Of a stretch of 64,000 bases of DNA, positions 12,559 through 21,855 are shown in pieces; the stretch's first letter is position 1, and each line of letters opens with the position of its first letter. The notes beneath the pieces are model-generated. The model was not told the DNA's origin, searched no databases, and saw only the letters and a program-made list of their open reading frames with translations. The stretch covers positions 150,734-214,733 of the IMG/VR virus record IMGVR_UViG_3300000553_000004, one strand, 5' to 3'. Both the position numbers and the translations under genes were made by a program.

Positions 12559-12960
12559 ATGAATTTGCCTACCGAATTAAAGATTGCATGTCCTAATTGT
12601 GACCAGCATATATCATTTCCGATATCCATGATAGGACAAATCATACCATGCCCTAATTGTGAATTGAGTATGTCATTAAATGTTCAAGGTCATTCGTTGG
12701 TAACTCCCAAAGAACCGCCTATTACTCAAGACGGTGTAATATGCCCCCACTGTAAAGGACAAATGGAAAAAACCAAGAGAACCGAATCCAATTTCATCTT
12801 ACAATTGTTAGGGGTTATATTGTTTATTATCGGACTGGGGTTTTGTTTTACATTGATTGGCGCCATCATCGGTATTCCACTCATGATTGTGGCTGGTAGA
12901 ATGGGATTTAAAAAGGAAAAAGTTTGGTTGTGTAATTGTGGTTATTTCTATAAAATATGA
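12559..12960 (+). CDS. Zn-ribbon membrane protein
   Basis: CPNCDQH…CPNC, CPHC, TM hairpin, CNCG. Confidence 0.7.
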   Translation: MNLPTELKIACPNCDQHISFPISMIGQIIPCPNCELSMSLNVQGHSLVTPKEPPITQDGVICPHCKGQMEKTKRTESNFILQLLGVILFIIGLGFCFTLIGAIIGIPLMIVAGRMGFKKEKVWLCNCGYFYKI

Positions 12961-13442
12961 ATAAAATCATTGTCGGTATAATGTTCTCTATTATAGTGTT
13001 TAGTGGATTCATGGTGTATTACAGCCTGACTACACCATACGTTGCCCCTACCACACCCAATGAGTCAGTAACAAGTGAATACTTACAGATATTCCATTCG
13101 GTATCACCCACACCAAAGAGTATGAACGGTGAAAGTGTTAATATAGGAGATTCGATTGGAATTGCCCTTATAGATGACATCTCACCAGAGGATAACGGAT
13201 ACTATATAGAACGTAATCGTTTTGGAGATGATGGAGTATTGAAGGTAGTAGGATATGGTAAGGAATCAGATGATAAGATTACTGATGACTATATGCCTAT
13301 AATCCGACTAACCGATGGTCGGCTTGTTAAGATTTCTGTCTCCATAAAGAGACTGACAGTTAGCCATAATCCGGTTGACCGTAGTCTGTGGAATGACTAT
13401 CAGTGGTTGGGAACTCTACCACACCGATATTACTTTAAGTAA
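12957..13442 (+). CDS. membrane-anchored hypothetical protein
   Basis: N-terminal TM helix, ATGA coupling. Confidence 0.6.
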   Translation: MNKIIVGIMFSIIVFSGFMVYYSLTTPYVAPTTPNESVTSEYLQIFHSVSPTPKSMNGESVNIGDSIGIALIDDISPEDNGYYIERNRFGDDGVLKVVGYGKESDDKITDDYMPIIRLTDGRLVKISVSIKRLTVSHNPVDRSLWNDYQWLGTLPHRYYFK

Positions 13443-14193
13443 ACGTATCCACTTACATCCCCATATACGGAGAGGGTACGACCAGTGAAGTTAAACAAAG
13501 CTAGACCCTATAAGGGGAGGGGTACCCCCAGCGCTACTTACTGCCAGAGGGCTAGGTAGGGGTTTTTATAACCATTAACTACGTGGACAATTATAGACCA
13601 TGTTAAGCGCCTATATATTATCGTTAACGTTATGGCGCAAATAGTGGAAACATTGTAGAAATTTCCCGGCAAGAAAATACGTTTCTCATTTAATACGTAT
13701 AACAATCGTTGGCTCGTCAAAAACCACGTTAATCAAAGTTATCGGTATTGGGTAGGCAAATTCCCTAGTGATGTACCACATCGTTTCTCTTGGCTTCGGG
13801 GTTGAAGTTCTGGCCGACAGGCCAAAAAGTTTAACAGCTTCACTGGGGCATAATTAGTAAAATCCAATTTTGAAAACATTATTATATTTTATTATTTTTA
13901 AGCATGGTAGGAATCAGGCTTGGTAAGGTCGTCCATAAAAAAATAAGGATATTGATAATAAATAAGAACTGCGCTTAGAGCCGGGTTGGATTGTTATTAA
14001 TAATAGGAATTGACCGAATTTTGAAAGGTTAACGTTAAAGTTGGAGAAACTGCGCCATACCACTATATGTGGTGTATCTAAAAATTGGACATACTATAAG
14101 TGGTATATTTTCAGAAATAATACTGAAAACATTAGACAAATCGCCACAGGGGATATGGATTGTATTGGTACGAGCCAGAGAAGATATAGGAAC

Positions 14194-14251
14194 GAACTGC
14201 GCTTCGGGAATTACGGGTCGCGGAACTGCCTTCCGGCTTGGTTCGCCTCAC
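14194..14251 (-). ncRNA. small RNA family A copy 1
   Basis: Minus-strand promoter 14252-14287; transcript GTGAGGCGAACCAAGCCGGAAGGCAGTTCCGC, near-identical to copies at 27031 and 35758. Confidence 0.6.
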
Positions 14252-14331
14252 AACAATAGATTATCAGGTTTTTATAAAACGTCAAGCCTTGCAGCTCTAC
14301 GCTTGACTGTAAAGGATGTCCTGATAAGATA

Positions 14332-14640
14332 ATGGGAAATGTCATGAGTCATCCTAAATACAAGCTAGAACTTAACACGGATTCATTTGAACCCATTATT
14401 ACAGAGTTGTTTAGGCATGGCTTTGTTTTCAGTAACGGTAGATTTAAGACTATGGCTGAAATTAAAGCCTGTCACGGTAATAATCCAGCTTGGGACTACC
14501 TAAATTTTGGCCATCATTTCGAATGTCGGATGGTTGTCTTTGGTAGCTTTTCATCTTGGATGCGTGAAACCGTGACTTTAAAGGAATTTCTAAAGATTAA
14601 GTATTACCAGCGCTTGACTGTAAAGAATAAACCAGTATGA
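14332..14640 (+). CDS. ~100-aa paralogue family member 3
   Basis: ELFRHGFVF…ECRMVV…TLKEFLK. Confidence 0.75.
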   Translation: MGNVMSHPKYKLELNTDSFEPIITELFRHGFVFSNGRFKTMAEIKACHGNNPAWDYLNFGHHFECRMVVFGSFSSWMRETVTLKEFLKIKYYQRLTVKNKPV

Positions 14641-14921
14641 TTCATCCTAGATACAAAATATGTCTTGACGCACATAATAGCTTCGACGCAATTGCGACGG
14701 AGTTGTTTAGGCATGGCTTTGTTTTCGGTCGGTTCCGATTGAAAACCATTGAAGAGATTGACAAGGAGTATAGTCTTAAATGGAGTTGGTCAGACATTAG
14801 TATTGGAATTGATTCCGAGTGTCGAATGGTCTTACATGCAAACGGTTTGAGTATGAATGAGTGTAAACTGATAACTCTTGAAGATTTTCTAAAGATTCCC
14901 TATTACCACCGCTTGACTTAA
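14637..14921 (+). CDS. ~100-aa paralogue family member 4
   Basis: ELFRHGFVF…ECRMVL…TLEDFLK. Confidence 0.75.
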   Translation: MIHPRYKICLDAHNSFDAIATELFRHGFVFGRFRLKTIEEIDKEYSLKWSWSDISIGIDSECRMVLHANGLSMNECKLITLEDFLKIPYYHRLT

Positions 14922-14954
14922 TCCCTTCTTTTGGTATCTTATTCAGACTTATAT

Positions 14955-15236
14955 ATGAGAATCGTTTACATCATCAAGACGCTCAAGCGGGCAGAGTTTA
15001 TCCGAGTTTTTAATAAACTGGCTCGTAAGGGTTACTGTTATGATGCGGATTGGCGCCTCCGCAAAGCCAGTTTGATTATTAAGGCTCGTAATGGACATCC
15101 GTTCCTTTTGTTGTTAAATGCCGACCCTGACTGTAAAATGGTGGTTTGTAACGGAAATCACCAGCGTTTTTCAAGTGACACCAAGGTCTTTACTCTCACG
15201 GTTGAAGACTATCTAAAACTTAAATTGTATGAATAA
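14955..15236 (+). CDS. ~100-aa paralogue family member 5
   Basis: LARKGYCY…DCKMVV…TVEDYLK. Confidence 0.7.
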   Translation: MRIVYIIKTLKRAEFIRVFNKLARKGYCYDADWRLRKASLIIKARNGHPFLLLLNADPDCKMVVCNGNHQRFSSDTKVFTLTVEDYLKLKLYE

Positions 15237-15525
15237 TTTGATAAAACCATACAAAATTGAGTGTACTGACTCTGACCAAGTGAAAGAACGTTTACTCTTT
15301 TTGATAAGTAAGGGTATGGTGTTTACCACTTACCGTCACCGAACTTGGGAAGTCATCTCTACTAAGTGTGGTGACCCGTGGCGGCGGTGGTGTTAGATTG
15401 AAGCTTGCCATGAAAATGATTGTTTGAAGGTTTTGAACACACGTCGATACCGGTTAGATAATGAGACTAAACACACTAAGATTGAGTTTGAAGATTTTGT
15501 GGCTCATGTCTTACCGTTGTTGTAA
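15229..15525 (+). pseudogene. paralogue family member 6 with single in-frame TAG (15394-15396)
   Basis: Manual translation MNNLIKPYKIECT…LISKGMVF…WC*IEACHENDCLKVLN…IEFEDFV; aligns end to end with 15863. Confidence 0.75.
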
Positions 15526-15562
15526 CGCTTGACTTTTTGTAACCTTTGTATAAATTGGAACC

Positions 15563-15856
15563 ATGAAAGGCATATTTGGTTGGTCTTATCCTCCGGGTTG
15601 TTCAGGTCCTCCGGATGATGATTACGTTTCTCACACTCTACGGTGTAAACACTGTAAGGCGTTCATTGGCGGTAAACCAGCCAGAATCGAACCGTGGGAA
15701 AGTTCCTGCCAGTGTGATGGTACAGTTGACGAAATCGGTCTGGCGCAGTGTGGCTTCGCTGTGACAACCCATCCGGCTCATAAAGAAGTCTGGGATGCCG
15801 GTGCGAGTGAGATTTTTGTCTGTAAACGTTGTAAAAAGGAAACCAAGGTTGGTTAA
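15563..15856 (+). CDS. Zn-binding hypothetical protein
   Basis: GWSYPPGCSG, CKHC, CKRC; leaderless. Confidence 0.7.
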   Translation: MKGIFGWSYPPGCSGPPDDDYVSHTLRCKHCKAFIGGKPARIEPWESSCQCDGTVDEIGLAQCGFAVTTHPAHKEVWDAGASEIFVCKRCKKETKVG

Positions 15857-15862
15857 ACTATT

Positions 15863-16153
15863 ATGAACCCAGCTGGATACAGAATTAAATGTCGTAGTAA
15901 TACAGAGTGTATGGCTCACATGGAAGTCCTTTTAAAGAGGGGATTTGTGTTCACTACTGACCGGCATAAAAAGATTAAGGATATTCGGGAAAACTGGCCG
16001 TTTAATTCTTGTGAGTGGAAATACATTTATGCCGGACACGAAGAACATTGCAAACGAGTTTTGAACGCATCCAAAGTGTCAGGTAATTGGAATTTTGATA
16101 TCGGTGAAATGACGGAAGTGTCACTTAACGACTTTTTGAAGTTGGATTTGTAA
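15863..16153 (+). CDS. ~100-aa paralogue family member 7
   Basis: YRIKC…LLKRGFVF…HCKRVL…VSLNDFLK. Confidence 0.75.
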   Translation: MNPAGYRIKCRSNTECMAHMEVLLKRGFVFTTDRHKKIKDIRENWPFNSCEWKYIYAGHEEHCKRVLNASKVSGNWNFDIGEMTEVSLNDFLKLDL

Positions 16154-16191
16154 GGGCTTGACTCTTTCGGAGAGTGTGTTAAGATTTTGGT

Positions 16192-16745
16192 GTTGATACG
16201 GTTTGTTTAGGTTGAACCGAGAAAAATAAACTGGTGGAGTCAGAAGCATAAGGTTGACAGAGTGGAACCAGAAACTCTGTTGGAGCGAGTGTAGATTATT
16301 AGGTCCCAATCGGGTTGGGTGAACAAAAACCCTTCAAACCGACAGGAACGGCGGCCTTTCCAGTCACGATAGGATTGTCTAAGGCCGCCGTCTTCAATTG
16401 ACCGAAGGTGAGTCAGCTCAAAATGACGATAACTTAGGATGGAATAGGTTCACAAAAATCCCCCCAATGAGGGTAGGAGTGCGAGCCTGTTTCATGCGTT
16501 GTTCACTTTATCGATAAAGTGATATGAGTTCTCGTAGTATCGACCACCCGCTTTGACGCTTCGTATCAATAGATTAACAGAGTTATTATAATCGTCAAGC
16601 CTTGGAAACTGTGAGGTAATGTCGAAGATAATGGGAAGAACAATCGGTAATGAGATTGACTTGAAACCCAAGGAACTTGGTCAGTCTGATTAGACCGATA
16701 CAACGATGGTAAATCCAGTTGTAAACGTCACTGTCAACCAATGGT
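16192..16745 (+). ncRNA. candidate large structured ncRNA
   Basis: Own promoter (16156-16185), no credible ORF, many helices incl. 11-bp acggcggcctt/aaggccgccgt. Confidence 0.5.
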
Positions 16746-17185
16746 ATACGAATTCTCATGGGTAAACGGTGATAGTCATCTTGAAGTTAACCACGGGGTT
16801 AATCCCCTTGGCTTTCAAAATTGCCATGGCCTTTGGTAAGGTCAACTTAGACACATTAAACAGATTGTCACATTCTGACTCCCGTTGGTTGTTGTAGAAG
16901 AAATATCCCTTACTGAGATTGGTTCCTTCAACCACGGTTATAAATTTGTAGATTGTGTCACTCACTATGATTGAATACTATCAAGATTCTCTATTATGTC
17001 AAGCGTAGTAATTTTCCATCCTCTGACAATCTTATTGTATTTAATTGCCCAATGAATATTAGATGGGTGGATATGATTGTAAATTTTTATAAAATCTTTT
17101 CTAATTCCTATAAACGTTAAGAAATAGGCGACATCGGTTTTATATCGGCGCTTGACAATTTTTAAATCTTCTGTAAATTGACAAT

Positions 17186-17809
17186 ATGAAAGAAAACATT
17201 ATATTGAAATTTCCGGTCGGTATGTTCACCCATACAGAACTCGCCCTTGTTAATGGTAAAACTAATCAGCAGGTATGGCCGGCCTATCAAAAGGCAATCG
17301 CCGACGGCATCATAGTTTCGGCTGGTAATCGGCCGAATTCTACGGGTAAAGGTAAACCGTCACGAATTTGGACAGTGGTTGTTGGTCAACCGGTTCCACT
17401 TGTGGCCAAGGTTGAAGTGGTTAAAGTTCCCGTGGATTTAGCTCTTCATCATCGTGGAGTTCCGGCCGCCAAAAAGGAAAAGGTTGCCAAGGTAGAAAAG
17501 AATGAAGTCGTGGCCGAAGTCATGCCTACCGTGGCGCCGACCGAAACGGTTGTAACCGAGGTGGTTGCTACCGTCGTGGTTGAAGAGGTTCCCTTTGTCA
17601 GGAATAATGACCGTGAAATTCAGACCATCAAACATCTCTGTTCCGTCTGTAAGTCGCCTCTGTTGGCTCAAAATGACGATACGGGGGTTATGGTATGGTG
17701 TTCGCAACCGAAGTCAATCTGTGACATCCATGAAAACCCGTATGGACACGGCCGGAATATCAATGATGCCTATGAAGCGTTGTGTGATAAATACAAGTTA
17801 AACCGTTAA
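17186..17809 (+). CDS. putative winged-helix DNA-binding protein with V/E/P-rich linker and C-terminal Cys/His domain
   Basis: FPxGxFT start, GKP wing-like motif; paralogous N-terminus to 19247. Confidence 0.55.
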   Translation: MKENIILKFPVGMFTHTELALVNGKTNQQVWPAYQKAIADGIIVSAGNRPNSTGKGKPSRIWTVVVGQPVPLVAKVEVVKVPVDLALHHRGVPAAKKEKVAKVEKNEVVAEVMPTVAPTETVVTEVVATVVVEEVPFVRNNDREIQTIKHLCSVCKSPLLAQNDDTGVMVWCSQPKSICDIHENPYGHGRNINDAYEALCDKYKLNR

Positions 17810-18325
17810 GGCTTGACTTCTATAAATAACCAACTAAACTTTTTATATGAAATTTTCAAAACAATATACCGATGAAGAATGGTTTTCGTTATCGCTTGAA
17901 CAACGAAAAAGATATCCGACATATAAAATGATGTTTCTTCTTCTTGAAGATGTTGGTAGAATTGAACGGGTTGTTTGTCAACTTATCCGATTACCCAAAG
18001 GAGTTTGGTCTGAATTGTATTATATTTCCATGGCGTCTAAACATCATACATTGCCGGGATTCAGTAGTTCAAAAGATGAACTGGGCCGTAGCGTGTTCAC
18101 ATCTACATTAACCGATTCAAACTTGTTTGATACTCATTATTTAGCTCACATTGAACTCGTTAAACGTCATAATACACATATTAACAATTACAAAAAATCC
18201 ATTTCTTTTTTACAAAAAATGCTAAATAGTTCTTTGAAAATATCAAAACGTCTTAAAAAGATAAAAGTGGATAACAAATACAAAAATACATACCGTAAAA
18301 CTCGTTACGGATATTACGCAATTAT

Positions 18326-19078
18326 TTAATGATGTTTTGGTTGTGGTAAAGTCAAAAGTAACCATTCTTTTTTCTTTCCAGTATGTTTTCTTATTCCCCT
18401 AACTAACAATCTTATACCAAAATAAGATAAATGTGGATTTTTAATACTAAAATGAAAACTTGTTCCTTCAAATTTCTCTTTGGTCAACCGATTATAGAAG
18501 ACGTGAACGGTTTTGTCTATAAATCGTTCTCTCATTTCACCCATAAGTTTTTTATTGGTTAAACTTATTTTTCTTTTGGTGTCTTCCGATACCACTTTCC
18601 CTTTAAGTTTATCTGATATTTTCTTTCTAATTTCAGTAGTGAAAACTTGTCGTTCGGCAAGAAAATTTTGGTTGTAACATTTATTCTGTTCCGTCTTGGC
18701 AATGTCAAGATATTTTTGTTCTACCAAGATTAGTTTGTCTATTGGAACTTTTTCAACCACTTGAAATATAAAGTTTTCTTCTCCATACTTGTTCCAAGAT
18801 GACTGTAAATGTGGATTGGTATGTCGGCTCTCTGTCAACATCGTTTGATGTTGTCTCCTTCTATTCCAAAAGTAGTTGGTTGACCCAACATAATATTTCC
18901 CATTAACCTTGTTTATTATCTTGTATATCCCTGACACTTTCTTTCTTTTTGTAATATCGTTGAAGGCTTTCCACTCGCATTCTGTCTTTGTTTTTTTCGT
19001 AAAATCTCTTTCCTCGTTCCCGATTTTGTTCTCTAATCTGTTCAACGGTGAGTCTGTTATTTCGTTTTGGCATATCAT
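18326..19078 (-). CDS. GIY-YIG homing endonuclease
   Basis: SGIYKIINKVNGKYYVGS…HxNxxLQ…WNKYG; NUMOD3-like repeats; start re-called at MICQ. Confidence 0.88.
   Translation of the reverse strand: MICQNEITDSPLNRLENKIGNEERDFTKKTKTECEWKAFNDITKRKKVSGIYKIINKVNGKYYVGSTNYFWNRRRQHQTMLTESRHTNPHLQSSWNKYGEENFIFQVVEKVPIDKLILVEQKYLDIAKTEQNKCYNQNFLAERQVFTTEIRKKISDKLKGKVVSEDTKRKISLTNKKLMGEMRERFIDKTVHVFYNRLTKEKFEGTSFHFSIKNPHLSYFGIRLLVRGIRKHTGKKKEWLLLTLPQPKHH
18903..19073 (-). CDS. small basic endonuclease-associated protein (overlapping, alternative frame)
   Basis: MPKRNNRLTVEQIREQNRERGKRFYEKNKDRMRVESLQRYYKKKESVRDIQDNKQG; homologues at 40496, 55456, 59407. Confidence 0.65.
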   Translation of the reverse strand: MPKRNNRLTVEQIREQNRERGKRFYEKNKDRMRVESLQRYYKKKESVRDIQDNKQG

Positions 19079-19246
19079 AATGTTCCTTTCAGATAATAAG
19101 TATGTTGTTGAACATCTAAACGTTAAGAAATCTTTGGAATTCATTTTTATATTGACGCTTGACTTCTTAAAACAATGGTATAGAATTTTGTCATAGTTAA
19201 AAACAACAACTACAACAAACAAACAAACAAAAACAAATAACAAACT

Positions 19247-19789
19247 ATGAAAAACAACAAACAAAACAAGTCGAATCGTAAAAGCATGAAGGGTCGTTGG
19301 GGGAAAGTCGGAGCCCCGCCCAAGGCCACCAAGTTCCCCCGTGGAGCGTTCACGATGGAATCCCTGTTCAACATGAACCAAAATCAGTGTGAGCTGTCCC
19401 TCCGCACCAAGGTGGATATCGGAGTGGAATCCGGCGCCCTCATCGCCCTCAAAGCCCGTAAACAAAAGGGTGGCGCCGTTGGTCGGCCGAAGGCGATTTT
19501 CATCCTGAAGGAAAATTTCGACGCCTCGAAACACGAACTGGCCCCGCCGAAGTCGACGAAGACCAAGGTTGTCAAGCCCCAGACCGTGGCTGTCGTTGAA
19601 GTCGCCCAGCCGACTGTGGCTCCCGTCGCCCCCGAGGCTCTGGCGCCGGTTGTCGAAACGATTGTCGAAGCGGTTGTCAATCAACCCGTTCCGGTGAATG
19701 AAGTGATTTCTACCGAACCGGCCGCCGCGCCCGCTGTGGTTCTCGCCCCCGTCACGGCCGAGACTCTCGTTGAAATGTTGGTGAGTTAA
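19247..19789 (+). CDS. putative winged-helix protein with A/V/P/E-rich tail
   Basis: FPRGAFT…GRPKAIF; C-rich codon usage; terminator at ~19811-19841. Confidence 0.65.
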   Translation: MKNNKQNKSNRKSMKGRWGKVGAPPKATKFPRGAFTMESLFNMNQNQCELSLRTKVDIGVESGALIALKARKQKGGAVGRPKAIFILKENFDASKHELAPPKSTKTKVVKPQTVAVVEVAQPTVAPVAPEALAPVVETIVEAVVNQPVPVNEVISTEPAAAPAVVLAPVTAETLVEMLVS

Positions 19790-19885
19790 TCCGACTCTGT
19801 TGTGACACAAGGCCCGCAGTTTAACGACTGTGGGTCTTTTTCTTGCGACGCTTGACAATTCTTAAATGTTTGGTAATCTACGTAT

Positions 19886-19947
19886 GGGTGGTTAGCTCAT
19901 TGGCAGAGCCCTTTGTATGATGGGTTCGATTCCCATACCATCCACCA
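19886..19947 (+). ncRNA. tRNA-like RNA lacking anticodon arm (G3-U70, A73, CCA)
   Basis: GGGTGGT/ACCATCC acceptor, GCTC/GAGC D arm, 10-nt linker, ATGGG-TTCGATT-CCCAT T arm, ACCA; own promoter. Confidence 0.75.
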
Positions 19948-20400
19948 ATTTTATGCTTGATATACGTCAACCAATGGAAACTCGCATTGAACGTCGTGAA
20001 CGGCGCAAGAATGAACGTCGTCGTACGCAGTTCAATGAACGCACTCGCACGTGTCATTCATGTGGTGGGACTGAGCGTTGGTGTACTTGCTGTGAAGTAT
20101 TTTCATGCTATGGTTCATGCAATGACGGATACGGAACTTGCCAGTGTTCGTAACGCTTGACTTGTGGTAAATTTCCTATAAATTAAAATCATGTTCAGGC
20201 TCGACTATAACGGCGGCGATGTTCAATGCCCACATTGTAAACAATCTTTTGGGATTGAATGGGATACTGAATATGGTGACCCGTTAATGAGCGACCAAAC
20301 AACCGAATGTCTTGAATGCAAGAAAACTTTCACATTTCAGGCTCTTTTAACCTATTCGACTTGGGCTTGACATTTTAATAATCTTTAGTATTCTCTTCAT

Positions 20401-21855
20401 ATGAGTTTTAACACTGACAATTTACTTGAACCGCAAAAACCACACGCCGAGTTACTTTCGGCCTCACTCGCCGCCAACGGTATTTCGTGGGATGCGTCTG
20501 GAACTGGTATGGGAAAAACGTTCGTTGGCGCCGCCATCGCTCGCCATCGCAATAAAAAGTTCGCCGTCATCTCTCCGAAGCTGAACATTCCGAAGTGGAA
20601 GGCGACGCTTGACACGTTCGGTATGAAACCCGAATTTATCATCAATTACGAAAAATTGGCCCGTGGTAACACGGATTACTATCACTATCGTACCAAGGGA
20701 ATGACCAAGCAGGAAGTCCCCCATTTTCTCCGTGGCGAATTCAAACTTCCCCGTGGTTGCAAAGACATGGAAATTTATTTCGACGAAAGCCACCGCATGA
20801 AAGGCTACGAGTCATTAAACGCTGGTTTACTCTACTCGGCAAGCGAACAGGGAATTCCGATTCACCTTATGTCTGCTACGCAGGCTATGACACCGCTTGA
20901 CATGCGAGCCTTTGGTTACGCCGCCGGTCTTCACAAGGGAATGAATCATGTGAAGCTTGATAACTTTGGGATGCGCAAGTTTAAATCGTTCATGGAAGAA
21001 GCGGGAGCAGAATATACCGGCCGTTGGGGTTCCATGTTTTTCGACTGTAATAAGCCGGAGTCAATCACAAAGTTGCAGGAAATTCGTCGCCAGTTGTTTG
21101 ACGTTAAAAAGATTGCCAGTCGCATGAAACGTGAAGACTTTGGTGACATCTTTCCTAATAATCAGATTGAATGCACGCCTTACGACATGGGTGCGAATGG
21201 CGACAAGATTTCCCGTGTGTATGAAGATATGCAGAATGAGCTTGCCAGATTGGAAAAATTCTCTGAAAACTATTCTCAACATATCTTCGCCGTCCTGACC
21301 AAGGCTCGCCGACTGGCCGAATTGTATAAGGTTCCTACTCTCTGTGAACTCGCCGAGGATATGATTGAAGAGGGCAAGTCTGTTCTCATCTTCGTCAACT
21401 ATACTGATAGTATCGACGCGCTTTATGCTCGTTTGTCAAAGGTTTTCGGCGAGGAAATGATTGGACGTATTTACGGTGGCCAGACATTCAACGCTCGCCA
21501 CTCCGACATCGCCGACTTTCAATCCGACAAAAAACGGATTATGCTTGCCAACCTCACCGCTGGTGGTGAATGTATTGATTTGCAAGACATTACGGGAAAA
21601 CATCCTCGGGTGTCTTTCATCAATCCCTCATATCGAGCCATCTCGGTTTTACAGTGTATCGGTCGCCATGACCGCGCAGGTGCAAAGTCTGATTGTCTCA
21701 CTAACTTAGTCTTAGCGCATGGGACAATTGAGTCAAGCGTTGGCGCCAAGTTCAACGGTAAAAAGGGACACTTGGATATTCTGAATGACGGTGACTTTGT
21801 ACCGGATGGGATTAGTTTCACGACGTCACGCATCGTCGCAGGAATGGATGTCTGA
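20401..21855 (+). CDS. superfamily 2 (SNF2-like) helicase/ATPase
   Basis: GTGMGKT, DESH, SAT, QCIGRHDRAG. Confidence 0.88.
   Translation: MSFNTDNLLEPQKPHAELLSASLAANGISWDASGTGMGKTFVGAAIARHRNKKFAVISPKLNIPKWKATLDTFGMKPEFIINYEKLARGNTDYYHYRTKGMTKQEVPHFLRGEFKLPRGCKDMEIYFDESHRMKGYESLNAGLLYSASEQGIPIHLMSATQAMTPLDMRAFGYAAGLHKGMNHVKLDNFGMRKFKSFMEEAGAEYTGRWGSMFFDCNKPESITKLQEIRRQLFDVKKIASRMKREDFGDIFPNNQIECTPYDMGANGDKISRVYEDMQNELARLEKFSENYSQHIFAVLTKARRLAELYKVPTLCELAEDMIEEGKSVLIFVNYTDSIDALYARLSKVFGEEMIGRIYGGQTFNARHSDIADFQSDKKRIMLANLTAGGECIDLQDITGKHPRVSFINPSYRAISVLQCIGRHDRAGAKSDCLTNLVLAHGTIESSVGAKFNGKKGHLDILNDGDFVPDGISFTTSRIVAGMDV

Noticed and set aside
14041-14332. ORFs 14041-14259 and 14069-14332 (also 32968-33246, 33170-33409)
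   Set aside because: They run across promoters, palindromes and sRNA repeats conserved at nucleotide level in differing orientations
18326-19858. 510-aa ORF as a single large GIY-YIG fusion
   Set aside because: Its N-terminal ~260 aa is the antisense shadow of the real + gene 19247-19789 and its leader; the SD and paralogy with 40501 place the start at 19078
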